A stretch of 64,000 nucleotides of DNA from Dicyema japonicum (GCA_011109175.1 RDEW01000001.1:973079-1037078), one strand, 5' to 3'. Counted from the first letter of the stretch, positions 36,520-49,465 are shown. Translations and numbers: made by a program. The notes: generated by a model not told the origin, from the letters alone.

Positions 36520-39010
36520 GTTGGGAATTTTATGGGTAATCTTTTTTCGATGCTCAAACTGTGATCCCAAACAGTTTCTATACGGACGGGGGTCTTTTTC
36601 CCTTTTTCCTCTGAAATTGCCTCTATGATAGACTCGAGAACTCTGGGGGCAATTTCTTTATCTGTATTTTTTCAAGTAATTTTATTGCTCTTGATCTCTT
36701 GAATTTTTGTTAGGTTCGTTGTCGACAGGTTAGATCCGCATTCAGCACATGTATAGCCTATTGTTGGCTCGATTTTCGCACAACCATCCATATATGTTAT
36801 TTAGTATTCCTTGTAGTCTTTCTTTAGCATGTTCGACATTTACGTCCCTAGATGCGACAACTATGTCATCGGTATAGGAAGGTAGTACGTCATTATTATT
36901 CATAGGTATGGGGAGATCATTCAGAAACAAATTAAAGAGGATTGGTGACAAAGGGGATCCCTGGAGTACACCATTGGGTAACAATCCCTATCTGGAACTC
37001 TTGTTTCCGACACACACTTCCCCTCAGCGTCCACTTAAGAAATTTGCTATCCATATCTTTAGTGGTGCATGGATTTTTGTCAAAAATTTTTTTTGTATGA
37101 AGATCTTCCTTAGGACAGAGTCGAATGCTGCTTGAATGTCAATTTTACATATGACCGATTTTTCCAGTTTTGGCTTGTTCTTGTGTCCTTCAGTTATGAA
37201 CTTCATTAGTGTTGTTAGGAAGGAGGTTGTTGATGATCCTTCCTTGAAGCCATGTTGGAATGTAGGTTGTGGGAGAAAGGGATGAATAAGTTTTAGGACC
37301 AGTTTTTCCAGGATCCTCAACAAAACACATATAAGGTTGACTGGTCTGTAAGAGCGGGGATCGGTCTCCCCGGTTTTAATATTAGACGAATTTTTGATAG
37401 TTTCCATAAAGCCGGTATGGTATTTATGTTTAGCGATGTGTTGTAGATGATTGTCAGTTATTGATGGTGAGCCCAAGTGTTTCAGCAGAATAAGAGGTTT
37501 CTGTCTGGGCCACATGAGTTTGTTAGTTTTTTTTCTGATTTGATATTGCTTTGATTACATTTTTAGGAAGAAAATAAATCAGCGGAACCATTTTGGATGG
37601 CTTTCTCTTTATTTTCGGCTGTGTGTTAATCTTGTTATAGAAATGTGACTGATTAGGATACAATGTTTCATAAATTTATTCAGATTGAGCTGGCATTGTT
37701 CTTATTATCTTCGTATTCTGGGTTCTTCAGACGCCTCAACATCTTCCTCATGTTGGAAATTAAGGTCTGATTATTCATGGCAACAGAGATTCGCATGAAT
37801 TTCTTCCTTCGGGTGTTGTTCGTGCTTTTCGTGATCAGAATGTTTAGTGCCCTGATTCGACTAATGACCTCTCGTGATCGATGTGTCATTCTTCTAAGGG
37901 TGTTTCTTTCCATAATTATTTTTTTTGTTTTTAAGTCGTATTTTAATTCTTCGTTTTTTATATATGCTTTTCTGACAAAAATTTTTTCCTCGTCAATGAT
38001 TATTTTGTTGAAATAGTATACAGCTCTGTCTATGGAGGAGAAATTTTCAGGATTAAAATTTTGCAGCTTTGAATCAAAAAATTTGTAAAGCCAGTCCAAT
38101 TTGCATTTTAGTAATCATAGAAATGAATAGGCTTCGGTACAAAACATGGCTCGTAGTTCAGTTTCATTATCATTGAGTGGTGGTCACTCTGGAGGTCAAA
38201 ACGGACCGTACAATTAATGATCGAGGAATGACGAGGCGAGCAGATTTACAAGTCCGGAGATGTAGCCATGTCCTTCGTGTTGTACGGTGTCCTAGTGTTC
38301 TTTTTCGGGTTTTTGATGATTTGGGATAATAGCAGGTTTTGTCTGTTATCAGCGACTTGGTAGCGGAACCAAGAAAGATACTTCGCATTCAGGTCTCCAC
38401 ATAAAACCAAGTTCTCCATTTTGACCAAGGTCGATAGGTCAAAGCAGAGATTTTTCTTGCAGAAGCCAAGAGGAACAAAAATATTCGCAATTTCAATTTT
38501 TCCAATGGAAGTTACAACAGAGATTCCAATTATCTCTGTGTTCGAGTCTTCCATTAGGCTCTTGTAAGGAGAAGGGTTCTGGAGGTATTTAATTCGTTTT
38601 GTCAAAGAATCAGTAGACCCCCTCCTTGGCTTCGAGTCTTCCATTAGGCTCTTGTAAGGAGAAGGGTTCTGGAGGTATTTAATTCGTTTTGTCAAAGAGT
38701 CAGTAGACCCCCTCCTTGGCCAGATGGGAGGTCAGATCTTATTGTGTTGTATCCATTAAAGAGAAGTAGAGTTTTTTGAAAGCTTCGGTTCCTGGAGGAA
38801 GCAGATATCTACTCTGTTCCTCTCGAAGAATAAGGAAAGTTAGGCAATCTTTCCACTGATCCCGTTTATGTTTTAGATTTGAATTGTTAATTTCTTTAAT
38901 CTTGGATTTTGTTCCACGTCTCATGAGGTCAACAGTCTCAACCGATAGAATGTTCCAACATTGAGAGAATTCCGTCCAGTTGGAAGTCCTCTGATTGGTA
39001 GGGAGCAAAT
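36520..39010 (-). mobile_element. Most complete LINE in the window: decayed APE endonuclease, linker and RT
   Basis: APE: IEIANIFVP..LVLCGDLNAK..TSPDL. RT: YRPVNLI..LEKLV..QHGFKEGSST..DIQAAFDSV, NGVLQGSPLSPILFNLF..YTDDIVV. The 3' end matches the reverse complement of 49355-49410. Confidence 0.9.
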
Positions 39011-39399
39011 GGTTCTTTTTAGATATAGTTTAGGAATATATCCGACGCCACCAGAAACGATGAACCACATGACGCACGCTAAATTATACATTACCAGCCA
39101 TGAGGGCTATTTTTGAATTTTAAATTTTTTTAATTAATATATATTTACAAATATTTAAATAATTTAAATAAAAACGTGAGATGATATTATTTGGATATCA
39201 CTGAAATATTCATAAGAGGTTTCTCGCATGAGATTCAGGAAACATTTGTTAACGTGCTTTGGCATGAAAGCTTGAAAATTTAAATAATTTAAATAAAAAC
39301 GTGAGATGATATTATTTGGATATCACTGAAATATTCATAAGAGGTTTCTCGCATGAGATTCAGGAAACATTTGTTAACGTGCTTTGGCATGAAAGCTTG

Positions 39400-40230
39400 A
39401 AGATAATCGTCTCAAATTTTAAAGGATCTTTAACTCGGTCAGTGCCCACGTTGTACACTCAATTCATCGAGTCAATTATAATTTATGGATGTGCAGTTTG
39501 AGGAACAAAACTTACCAGGATAAACATGGATAAATCAACTCTGCTGAGTCAGTTCTGACCAAAGCAATTTCTCGAATCACAGGGCAATAGGGCGGCATAT
39601 TCATCAAAAATGGAAAACCGCCGGAAGAAATATGTTTTCGAAAATTTGTTGGTTCCCGAAAGCAACATCGGAAAAATGAGAATATAGCTGAGAAAAGGCG
39701 GGATCACCTGAAAGCGTTTTCGTTTTAATTGGTGTTACCTGGTGATTTATGACTTATTAATGAAACTGGGTTTCTTTGTCAAAGCGTAATATGTGTGTTT
39801 TGGTTACGCCGAGATTAAACAATATTTGTGATACGACATATCTCTATCATTTTGAATATGGTACACTTTTTTATTTTGTTCGTCCATGTGAATTGTTATT
39901 AGTTGTTTTTGGTGGAAAGACTCTAGCATATTTAGCTTTGGTTTGATGTCCCCAAATAGAGNGAAGGCGGGATCACCTGAAAGCGTTTTCGTTTTAATTG
40001 GTGCTAACTGGTGATTTATGACTTATTAATGAAACTGGGTTTCTTTGTCAAAGCGTAATATGTGTGTTTTGGTTACGCCGAGATTAAACAATATTTGTGA
40101 TACGACATATCTCTATCATTTTGAATATGGTACACTTTATATTTTGTTCGTCCATGTGAATTGTTATTAGTTGTTTTTGATGGAAAGACTCTAGCATATT
40201 TAGCTTTGGTTTGATGTCCCCAAATAGAGG
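39400..40230 (+). mobile_element. LINE 3' fragment with tail variant and N-joined duplicate
   Basis: LYTQFIESIIIYGCAV; GGCGGGATCACCTGAAAG tail variant. Confidence 0.55.
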
Positions 40231-40639
40231 AGTTCAAGGATCTGAAATGTTATTCAACTTTTTAAGACCATACATTTGATTTTCCAGTTAAACCAAAAAT
40301 ATATGGCAAGATCAGCTAAAGTCATTCCTTTGAGGGTAACTGCTAATTATGAATTTTATTTTAGTCTCTGTGAAGTATCTGGATGGAGCTCTGTCTAGAT
40401 CGGATAAAGTGGACGCACTTCTATATTTTTTAAGAGCTATTTCACCGAGTTTAGGTGGAAGTAGAAAAAAAACACAATAAATTCGAAGCAATATTTTGTA
40501 AAGGTTATGTGCAAGCAGAAACATAAACACAATAAATTCGACACAATTCTAGCAGGAATACAGAATTTTCGGATCCTAACAACACTATTAGTAATTTAAT
40601 TTTAATTGAACGAGAAAGAGGATAAGAGTTATCTTATAA

Positions 40640-41100
40640 TTCAGCCATGCCCAAAGAAGAGCCAGTGCCCCCTTTGGGTGCCACAAAACTTGACAACTAT
40701 CACAGGTGACATACGGTCTGCTATTTTTTCATTCCAAGGAAGCAACACTGCTGATTAGATGCACAGCAAAAGTCATCGTTATGGTTCCTCACTCCTCTGC
40801 TATTAGCTCCAATGAAATTTTCAGTTCTACTACGTGACCTCACTTGAGTTCCAAATGCCTGCAAGGAAAGTGGGATCACGTATATCACCAATCACCAAAG
40901 CGAGATTCGAGTAAAAATTTTCAATTTCTTCAGGAAATTTCAATGCTGTCAACTGTCAGTGTTAATAATCATCGTAGGCGTTTTCCGGTCATTAACCGCA
41001 ATGCTGATATCTTGTCACTGACGCTCCACCACTCTTGGGTCGAGTTGGCGTATTGTTTGTGGACTGCTAAACCTTGTCCATAGTGTCGACACTCTGATTT
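40640..41100 (-). mobile_element. RTE-like APE endonuclease remnant
   Basis: EEIENFYSNLALVIGDIRDPTFLAG matches the RTE APE E.FY..L....LAGDFN segment. Confidence 0.55.
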
Positions 41101-41222
41101 ATGATGACGTCATCACCTTAGACAAAAATCAATTTAGAGCGCCTAAAGTCCTTGTTATAATAATTTTACAGCATTGCAAACCATAACTATCCAAAAAAAT
41201 AATTCCTATAAAATTTATAATA

Positions 41223-41810
41223 TTACATATGAAGCCACCTGGAAAGTCTCAGTCTCGAATGCTTCTAGAATCCATGATACGCATGAACAGTGAAATGTGC
41301 TGTCGTGACTTGAAGATTCCGCCATTCTGACGATACGTGATCTTGTGTGTGGTTAAGGGAAGAACTTAAGGTCGTGTTGAAGGAAGCCACCTGGAAAGTC
41401 TCAGTCTCGAATGCTTCTAGAATCCATGATACGCATGAACAGTGGAATGTGCTGTCGTGACTTGAAGATTCCGCCATTCTGACGATACGTGATCTTGTGT
41501 GTGGTTAAGAGAAAAACATAAAGTCATGTTGAGGTCTCTGCTAGAGCGTGCTGGGATCACGTGAATAGTTAGTTCGGTCTACCCGTAGTCTTTGGTATTA
41601 TTAAACTTTCCAAATTAATAAAATGTCAGAAAAATTCANTTCAGTCATTCTGACGATACGTGCTTGTGTGTGGTTAAGAGAAGAACTTAAAGTCGTGTTG
41701 AGGTCTCTGCTAGAGCGTGCTGGATCACGTGAATAGTTAGTCCGGTCTACCCGTAGTCTTTGGTATTATTAAACTTTCCAAATTAATAAAATGTCAGAAA
41801 AATTCAAGAA
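41223..41810 (+). repeat. Tandemly repeated retroposon 3' end with shared tail
   Basis: GAAGCCACCTGGAAAGTCTC unit twice, then GAGGTCTCTGCTAGAGCGTGCTGGGATCACGTGAATAGTTAG twice around the N at 41639. Confidence 0.8.
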
Positions 41811-41832
41811 ATGTTAGTGAGCCCAGTTAATA

Positions 41833-42817
41833 TTATAATTGAGACAGTTGACGGAGAGTGCTAAAATTATTATTATTAGGCAGTTGACTTATATTTTGTG
41901 GTGGTTTGTTTTTATCTGTGATAATAAGTAAGGGACACTATAATGAGTTTCATGACAACCAGAAAATACGGAATAGCTCCTCCAAGAATGAATCCAAATA
42001 TGACATCACCAATATGGTGTTTGTTGTCATTGATTCGGGATATCGACACAATTATGGCAGCCACAAACAACAGCATCTGTAAAAGAACTTTGATTCCTTT
42101 CCAGAATAACGAAGTCTTTAAAAACTGAACAAGTTTGCATTCAATGTATAACTGAACTTAAAAAACCGCCATTACAATTGAAAAAATAGCAAAAACAGAA
42201 GCAGTCGACGTGTGCCCTGAAGGAAACGAGAGTCTAGCCTTATGAAACGAAATACCTGGATTGCTCGACAAATTTATGATTCTTATTCGAACAGACAACA
42301 TTTGTGACAAATTTTGAACAATTAACTTTTGACAAATCTGGTTTGCAGACACTCAGAAAATTTGGACGTAATCTTCCAGTGAAGAGTTTAAGGGAATCAG
42401 TGATAGAAACTGATAAAACTGTGAAATATTAAAACAAAAAAACCATAACACAAAAATAGCACCAGAAATTCTAGAATAACTGTTTCAATCGATTTTTTAA
42501 AGTTGGTGACTTGGGTTGTCTTCCAAATCATCAATTCAGCGGATATAAACTGAAAATTTAGTTTGTTACTCCAACCAATATTACATTGAAGAAAAGTCCA
42601 AAAACGGCAACTAATAAATAACTTACTGATGTGGACTTGTATGGATAGTTTATACTTTTGTCATCGCAATAGAACCCACGTGAGTAGGGTACTTTGTGGA
42701 AAAGGAAAACCAGTGAAGGGAGTCCAGCTTTTATAATTCAACTTATAACCAACCAAGAAAACACAGAACAAGTATAATAAATATATTTTTTAATAGGTGA
42801 ACACAGAAATGTGGCAT
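41833..42817 (-). CDS. PAP2-superfamily lipid phosphate phosphatase (PLPP/wunen-like), multi-pass membrane protein
   Basis: Introns of 26, 26, 25, 22, 24 and (22) nt give RGFYCDDKSINYPY, KLFTGRLRP (C1), SFPSGH (C2) and SRINDNKHHIGDV (C3). All catalytic motifs are intact. The last intron is optional (alternative stop at 41912). Confidence 0.92.
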
Positions 42818-42914
42818 TCAAAGTATTTTATTTGATTATTTTTTTATTTTTTTTGGTTTGCCAACATAAACTAAATGTAAATTAATATTTAGATTTAAAT
42901 TCAAACTATCAACC

Positions 42915-43150
42915 TATTGGCTATGTGGTGAAATGTGCCTAGTTTGTCAATAATTATTTTCCATCCCTCCGATGGCGTTATTGGATCCATTCTACTGAGG
43001 AGACGCCCAATGTTTGGTTGGCATCAAGAGGGTCCACCTATTTTTTCCCCGGGGACGACTTCGTTGTGTGGAGACAAGTTCTGGAACGCTGGAACGAGTC
43101 AGGATCAATGAGTTAGTTTTGTCCCCTTAGTCTGTGGAATAAATTTAATT
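42915..43150 (+). mobile_element. Short retroposon family B
   Basis: GGATCCATTCTACTGAGGAGACGCCCAATG...CTGGAACGAGTCAGGATCAATGAGTTAGTTTTG. Confidence 0.75.
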
Positions 43151-43204
43151 TAATTTAGTGGGTACACTAAAACTGTCGCTAGAAGTATCTGTGATTACAC
43201 AAAG

Positions 43205-43505
43205 CAGAATCACTTAGTTGGTGATTCACCCATGCTTTAATAAATAACCCACAAAAACAATCATAAAGTTTATACAGAAAATTAAAAAATAACTTTATAT
43301 AGATATATAGTTTTCACCACACAATCATAAAGAATTATGGAATGAGAGAACCATAAAACAGAATCACTTAGTTGGTGATTCACCCATGCTTTAATAAATA
43401 ACCCACAAAAACAATCATAAAGTTTATACAGAAAATTAAAAAATAACTTTATGAAGATATATAGTTTTCACCACACAATCATAAAGAATTATGGAATGAG
43501 AGAAC
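43205..43505. repeat. Tandem duplication of ~155 bp (no N)
   Basis: CAGAATCACTTAGTTGGTG...GAATGAGAGAAC occurs twice. Confidence 0.9.
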
Positions 43506-43879
43506 AGATAATTTTCCTATTTGTACTTTTAATACTTTGTTAAACGAATACAGAAGGGACAGTCCAAAGTGATCCAATGCTTCTTCCAGAACATTAACAT
43601 TTTGTATATTATTTACCCTTTGTAACTAACAAAGGTAGAAGCTCCCACAAATTCTAAAAGTCGATTATGCCCGTCTAGTTATATTTCATGCCAATATTAA
43701 AGTTGAATACAACCCTTCATGTTGGAATCAAAAATTTGTACAAATGTTAGCCAAACCAGGAAAACCGAAAAATCAATTGTTATCACTCAATAAGTCTGGT
43801 GTGTATGACCACTGTTAAATAGTCTAGAAGATACCCATATTGTTGAAATGAATGGCTTCTTAATTAACTAGCAAAATAT

Positions 43880-44170
43880 GGTGGGGGACTGTTTCTTATA
43901 ACCAGAGAGATTTCAAAACTCACCTGTATGCAGATGTGTAAAAGTCAATAAAATTGTCGTACAAGAGACTAAAAATTACACCAAAGAAATCACCATCCAG
44001 GGGTTTGAACATCTCAGCTGAGAAAACTAACGTTCTAAAGATCTCCAGCTTTCGAAAATTATCAACAGAGCTGCTCCTTGAGAAACATACTGTTAAAAGA
44101 AGGAGGACCTTCCGTGCACTTCAGTGCATTAGAAAGTTGAAAATTAAAAAAGAGGTTTTTCTCTTACCGG
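43880..44170 (+). mobile_element. LINE RT remnant
   Basis: HLYADV and GLNISAEKTNVL motifs. Confidence 0.5.
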
Positions 44171-44479
44171 TAGGGAATAATTATAATTTAATACATTTCG
44201 GATTTTACATTTTGATTGATAAATTTTGTACTAGCAATAATTGTCACTGTCTGTACGTGAAACTCCTCCGTACGTGGAAATCCACTAGAACTAATCAAAA
44301 TAAAAATTATAACTCAAAGATTTCTGAGTTGAATTATGTGGCATTTAAATGAGTTTTTATTATTTTTAATTAACAAAAAACTTTATTGATATTTAAAATT
44401 AAAAAAATATTTTATTTCTGCAAATGATTTTAAAAGTTCAGGTTGAACAATTATGACTTGCGCCATATATTCGAGTATT

Positions 44480-45290
44480 TAGGAAATGGATTTCTTGATG
44501 GGTCGCTTTCCAGAAACTGCAAGGAGTTTATTTGGATACTTATCTCATTGCTACTTATCGAGGATGATAAGGTCTATTACAGAGTAATTCGATAATAATA
44601 TTAAGACAATAGTTTATTTCAGCGATTTTTTGTGAAGAAGAATCAGAACTGAAACAAGGATTGATTATAGTATTTTTGTCTATAAATCAGTAGAGTGAAC
44701 ATAATTTTGCTCATTCAGTTATTAGAAAAACGACCTAGAATTTTACTCTTGTAAAAGTTGCAGTTGTTGTGAAGAAGTATGTCTTATTTCAGAGCAAAGG
44801 GTTGACTGAGACGAGGTCCCCAATTACGGCAACATTGCAGAATATCCGCGTGATAGATATATAGTTGATCTGATGGACCTGAAAAAATATTCCAAGTAGA
44901 ATAACAGATATTCCTGGGTAATAGTTCTTCAGTATACTTCAAACAGACAATGGTCTGGAGTTCAGAAACTTTCTTGTCAGAAGATTTTGTGATAGACTAA
45001 ACACGTTTTTGGAAGACTTCGAGCACCGTCGGTTCAAGGACATGTTGAGAAATATCATTTATATAACAACTTATAGGTTGAATAAATATTTCAAATGGTT
45101 ATACCCCGTTTCAGCTACTGAAGGAACTCTTGGAAAATATCAATCTTGTCTTGGTGATTCTTTATTCAGGTAAAACATCACTAATCATGAGATAACACAA
45201 CATGTTCTATTCAAAATGTTTATTGGAGCTAACCATCCGCCACAGATTTCGGAGGACGCTTAATAACTTACTACAGTATGGAGAAGACTC
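44480..45290 (+). mobile_element. Ginger/KRBA2-type DDE integrase remnant
   Basis: FSILQTDNGLEFRNFLVRRFC core and RFKDML; several stops. Confidence 0.6.
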
Positions 45291-45479
45291 ATCGTTGTCA
45301 AGGGATTCTGCCCGAAGATATAGTTTGCTTGCAGCAGAAAAAAATGCGTAAGAAAAGAAGCTGGAAAAACGATGGGGAATCATTGAAAGTGGGAGAGAAA
45401 TTTATTCTATGAATAGATTGTGATTTTAATTTGTCAACAGAATTGGTTGCTAATATGGGCACTATGATACTACAATTTA

Positions 45480-45720
45480 TCAAGTAGAGGACATACAGTA
45501 GGATATGGTGTACATAGATGGTGGCTACTCACACACTATGATAGTCTAAACTTGGCGTTGAAAAACGCACTTTCCTCTTCTGGCCACCACTGCATTTTGG
45601 AGCCTACTGGTGTCACCTGAGAAAACGAAAGACACCCCGATGGGATGAAAACATTACTTTTTGTTAATGGTGGGAACCTGGCTGAACGGTACATTTGTTG
45701 GTACATACTCTTCTAAGAAT
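45480..45720 (+). mobile_element. Divergent CRE-like LINE fragment
   Basis: HYDSLNLALKNALSSSGHHCILEPTG...RHPDGM. Confidence 0.6.
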
Positions 45721-46591
45721 TCGGTCACTTCAATTTCGGACCAAGGCCAAGCTTACAAGTAAACCAAGGATCGAAAGGAGCAAGTTTTAATAAACCTGTG
45801 CATAAACAGTCATTTAAAAACAAACTATTCGCTTCTTGTATTGATTTAAAGAAGGCGTACGACTCTGTGACCATGGCTATCACGATCATCTTTTGGACTG
45901 CTCTGGCCTCCTAATATAGATTAGAGGTTCAAAGGTTATATTCTGTAGTTTTTGGAGTGTTCCATCGTGCCGTGTATTTAAGTTCCATCTCCCCACGAAT
46001 TGAGCACAATACGCCTTCATCCAATGGGTTATTTATTATCTGACTCCTAGGGGTCATATGGTCAATAATATGTCTCCTAGCAGTCATAGATTAGTATTTC
46101 AAAGATCTATTGCACTCGTCAAATAAAAGGCATCTCCCATCACCACCCTCGACACCGTAAAAATCCAGTGATGTGTTGATTAATAATTGTGTAATAATGA
46201 GGTTACTAACTACAGTGTATAGATAGAAATACCAGAGATTCAACTATTCTGACTAACAACTGCATAAAACCCTTGAAATTGTGCTGATTTTTTAACTACA
46301 AGCATTCTGGTTGAGAAGAATCCCAATATTCTAAATTCGTGAACTCCTCCATGGAAGAAATAGATCCATTTTTATCGCAAGCACTGGGCGTCGCCTGAGA
46401 CTTTGGATCAAGTGATGGCTCTTTTGAATTCCAGAGATCTTGGTAATGACCAACTAACTACACACGTGATTCCGAGACGTTCGAACCGAGATTTCATCAA
46501 GATCCAATGCTTCTCCCTAGATCTAACAAAACCACAAATAAAACATTGAACTGGATTCTCATAGTTGAACGATCACGTCCTTCGGTTAGAG

Positions 46592-48342
46592 CAGGGTTTC
46601 CCAAAGTGGGCGATAAGAAATTCAAAGGGGGCGTTTATGAGTAAATCGTTCATCGGGGGCGATCTTAATTTCAAGGGGGCGACAATGAATTATTCGTAAA
46701 ATTTATATCATACATTTAATTAATATAATAGAATTTCAGTATGGTGAACCTGTAATTTTAAATTGACACCAGCGTGATTTGCGGTGTATTAGTAATATTC
46801 AATAATGAAGCAAGAGACACTAAATAAAAAAATTCGTCAATATAATATTCAATATTTAAAATATGGTTTCATCGCATCTCCTAATGATGAAAGACGACCT
46901 TTCTCATTTTTTGCTCAAAGTCATTTTCTAACAAGGCTATGAAGCTTTCTAGATTAAGTCAGCATTTACGAAGGGTTCTTATATTTTATTAAAATATAGG
47001 AATATTGGCAGGAAAGAATTAATCCACGTCTCAACGGTCTTAAAGACTTTCTTTCTCAACATGATTTCGCATTTGAGCATTCTTGAACAAAATATGAAGG
47101 GACGTTTCAAAGATTTATATGAACCTAAAGTTCCAGATTGGGTATAGACCCCTTTCAGAATGTATTTGACGGTGATTCTTGTTTTCAAGAGGAACTAATT
47201 ATATTAAAAAACGATTTTGAAATTAAACCCACTTTTAAACAGCTTATTTTTGGTTACAAAAAGATATTCCTGAAAAATTTCCCATGTTATGGAAAACTTA
47301 AAATTGTTTTTTTATTGCCTTCTTTACTTTATATATGGTTGAAAGAGGCTTCAGTATTGTATCACAGCTTACCAAAGGGAGAAACCGCTCGGAAATTGTT
47401 GAATGAAGAGATTACGAATTAGGCTTTCAAACATCAACCCAAATATTGAGAAACTTGTGTCTAACTTTTTGCAACGTCATTGTCCACATTAATCTACCCA
47501 TCATTGCCGTGCCTGTTTGTTGCCGGGGGCGTCTTTCGAGATCGGTGCCTGGTTCAAAGCCATTCCCAATGGATTTCTGGGTACCTTCCTAAATGATGAA
47601 TGAGTTCATATTGAGATCTCATTGCGACTGTGATTAAAAGTCTGTGTTTCACATGTGCCGATGCGGAGACAAGATCGACTGTTTTTGCCTACTCCCTCTC
47701 TTTTGCAGGAAGAGTGCAGCCAGATTTCCCAGACACATGGCCTTGAACGAAGTCGCTAGGCGAGCTTTGGACGCTGCCGGATACCCCTCCATGCTCGAAC
47801 CTGTCGGCTTTTGCAGGCGGGATTGGAAACGGGATGACAATCTTCTCTTTTGAAGCCGGGAAACCTCTTATCTAAGACGTTACCTGCACCGACACATTTA
47901 CCTTTTGTAACCTATTTCAGAGTGCCTCTGGAGCCTGTTCTGCCGCTAAGAAGGTCGAGAAGATAAAACGGGGAAAGTACGCAGTCCTACCCAAGGATAT
48001 TTTGTTTGTCCCACTCGCCGTTGAGACGTCTGGTTTCCTTACTCATACGACGCTGGAATTCTTGAGTCGTCTAGGGAATCGGATCGCTACAAGAACAGGA
48101 GACCCTCGTGAGCGCTGCTGGTTGTTTGAGCGAATTTCGCTCGCCATCCTGAGAGGGAATATCTACGCGATTAGGGCAGCCTCTATATAACCGTCACTAT
48201 TTTCTTTAATAAAATTTTTAAAATCACATTAATTATTAAATTTTTTATTTCCAACTCGTTACCATAAACGTTTTCCCGGTGGACGATATTTTTTAAAAGT
48301 TTGTTAAAGTGGCGATGACCTGAATAAGTTTGGGAACCCCTG
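46592..48342 (+). mobile_element. hAT (Buster/FAM200-like) non-autonomous element with TIRs and 8-bp TSD
   Basis: GGTTAGAG|CAGGGTTTCCCAAA ... TTTGGGAACCCCTG|GGTTAAAG (TSD matches 7/8); PDW.IDPF..FQEELIILKNDFEIKPTFK and PNIEKLVS C-terminal motifs. Confidence 0.88.
47490..48230 (+). mobile_element. CRE-like LINE 3' part nested in the hAT
   Basis: GAWFKAIP..LGTFLND; [35 protein letters not shown]; FVPLAVETSG..RTGDPRERCWLFERISLAILRGN; AT tail. Confidence 0.9.
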
Positions 48343-48759
48343 GGTTAAAGATTCTGAGATGTTGAGAAAAAGTCTTTTCCAGAAGTCTATTTTCCGTATA
48401 TTTAAATGGCATTTTCTAAATCTCTTTGACCTTACTAGTATTTTTCCAGGAAATGAATAAACTCAGTCTCGTGAATCCGTAGGATATGTATGGCTCCGTG
48501 TACTCATGTAGATAGTCCCTATGATTTTCGATCTTCCATAGTCCTGAGAGGCATACAATGAAATTCAATGAGCCAAACTTCGCTGAAAATAAAAAACAAA
48601 TAAAATTCAAAACATGTAAAACTTAATTAAATTTTATCGACTTTTCTGAAGTTTTTTCATATATGTGTGAGGGTTTTTATGATCATATACGGGACACTTA
48701 GTTCAAACATAGCATAACGATATTTCTAGTTTATTTTTGAATTATTTTTTTTAATTTTG

Positions 48760-48920
48760 TAATGGTCGGAACCTGGTTTGAAACGCTAAATGTGTTGATA
48801 CATACTCTACGAAAAATTTGATCGTTTCACTCTCGGATTCAGGTCATGCTTCTAAGAAAGCCGAGGAACAGAAGAGTAGGAAGTACATAAGCATTTCTGA
48901 GAATCACTTGTTTGTCGCAC
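48760..48920 (+). mobile_element. CRE-like fragment
   Basis: GRNLV*NAKCVDTYS...SGHASKKAEEQKSRKY. Confidence 0.55.
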
Positions 48921-48924
48921 ATCA

Positions 48925-49465
48925 CAAACAGACGATCTAGTCCGTCAGATCGGATCATGTGCCAAAGAGTCATCAAGGACCATGTGAGACTTGATAGCCA
49001 TTGTCAGAGAAAACAGCAAGGCCATACCGAGCCAACAATAGGCTATGCATGTGCTGCGTGGGAATCTAACCTGGCGGCAACGAACCTANTCATGTGCCAA
49101 AGAGTCATCAAGGACCATGTGAGACTTGATAGCCATTGTCAGAGAAAACAGCAAGGCCATACCGAGCCAACAATAGGCTATGCATTTGCTGCGTGGGAAT
49201 CTAACCTGGCGGCAACGAACCTAATGAAAATTCAAGAGATCCAGTCAAAAGCAATCAATTTACTGGAAAAGTATACGGATAGAGAAATTATCACGAGAAC
49301 AGTTTAGTCTATCCTAGAGGCAACTGGAGGTGATTTCAGAAGAGAAGAAAATAAAAGACCCCCGTCCGTATAGAAAGTGTGTGGGGTCACGATCGGAACA
49401 TCGAGAAAAAATGGTCCGATTTTTGAGAGATGCAAGGATCACCTGAAAATTAGTTAGTGGTTAAT
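48925..49465 (+). mobile_element. LINE 3' end with tail; N-joined duplicate
   Basis: PTIGYACAAWESNLAATNLMKIQEIQSKAI; tail GGATCACCTGAAAATTAGTTAGTGG. Confidence 0.75.
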
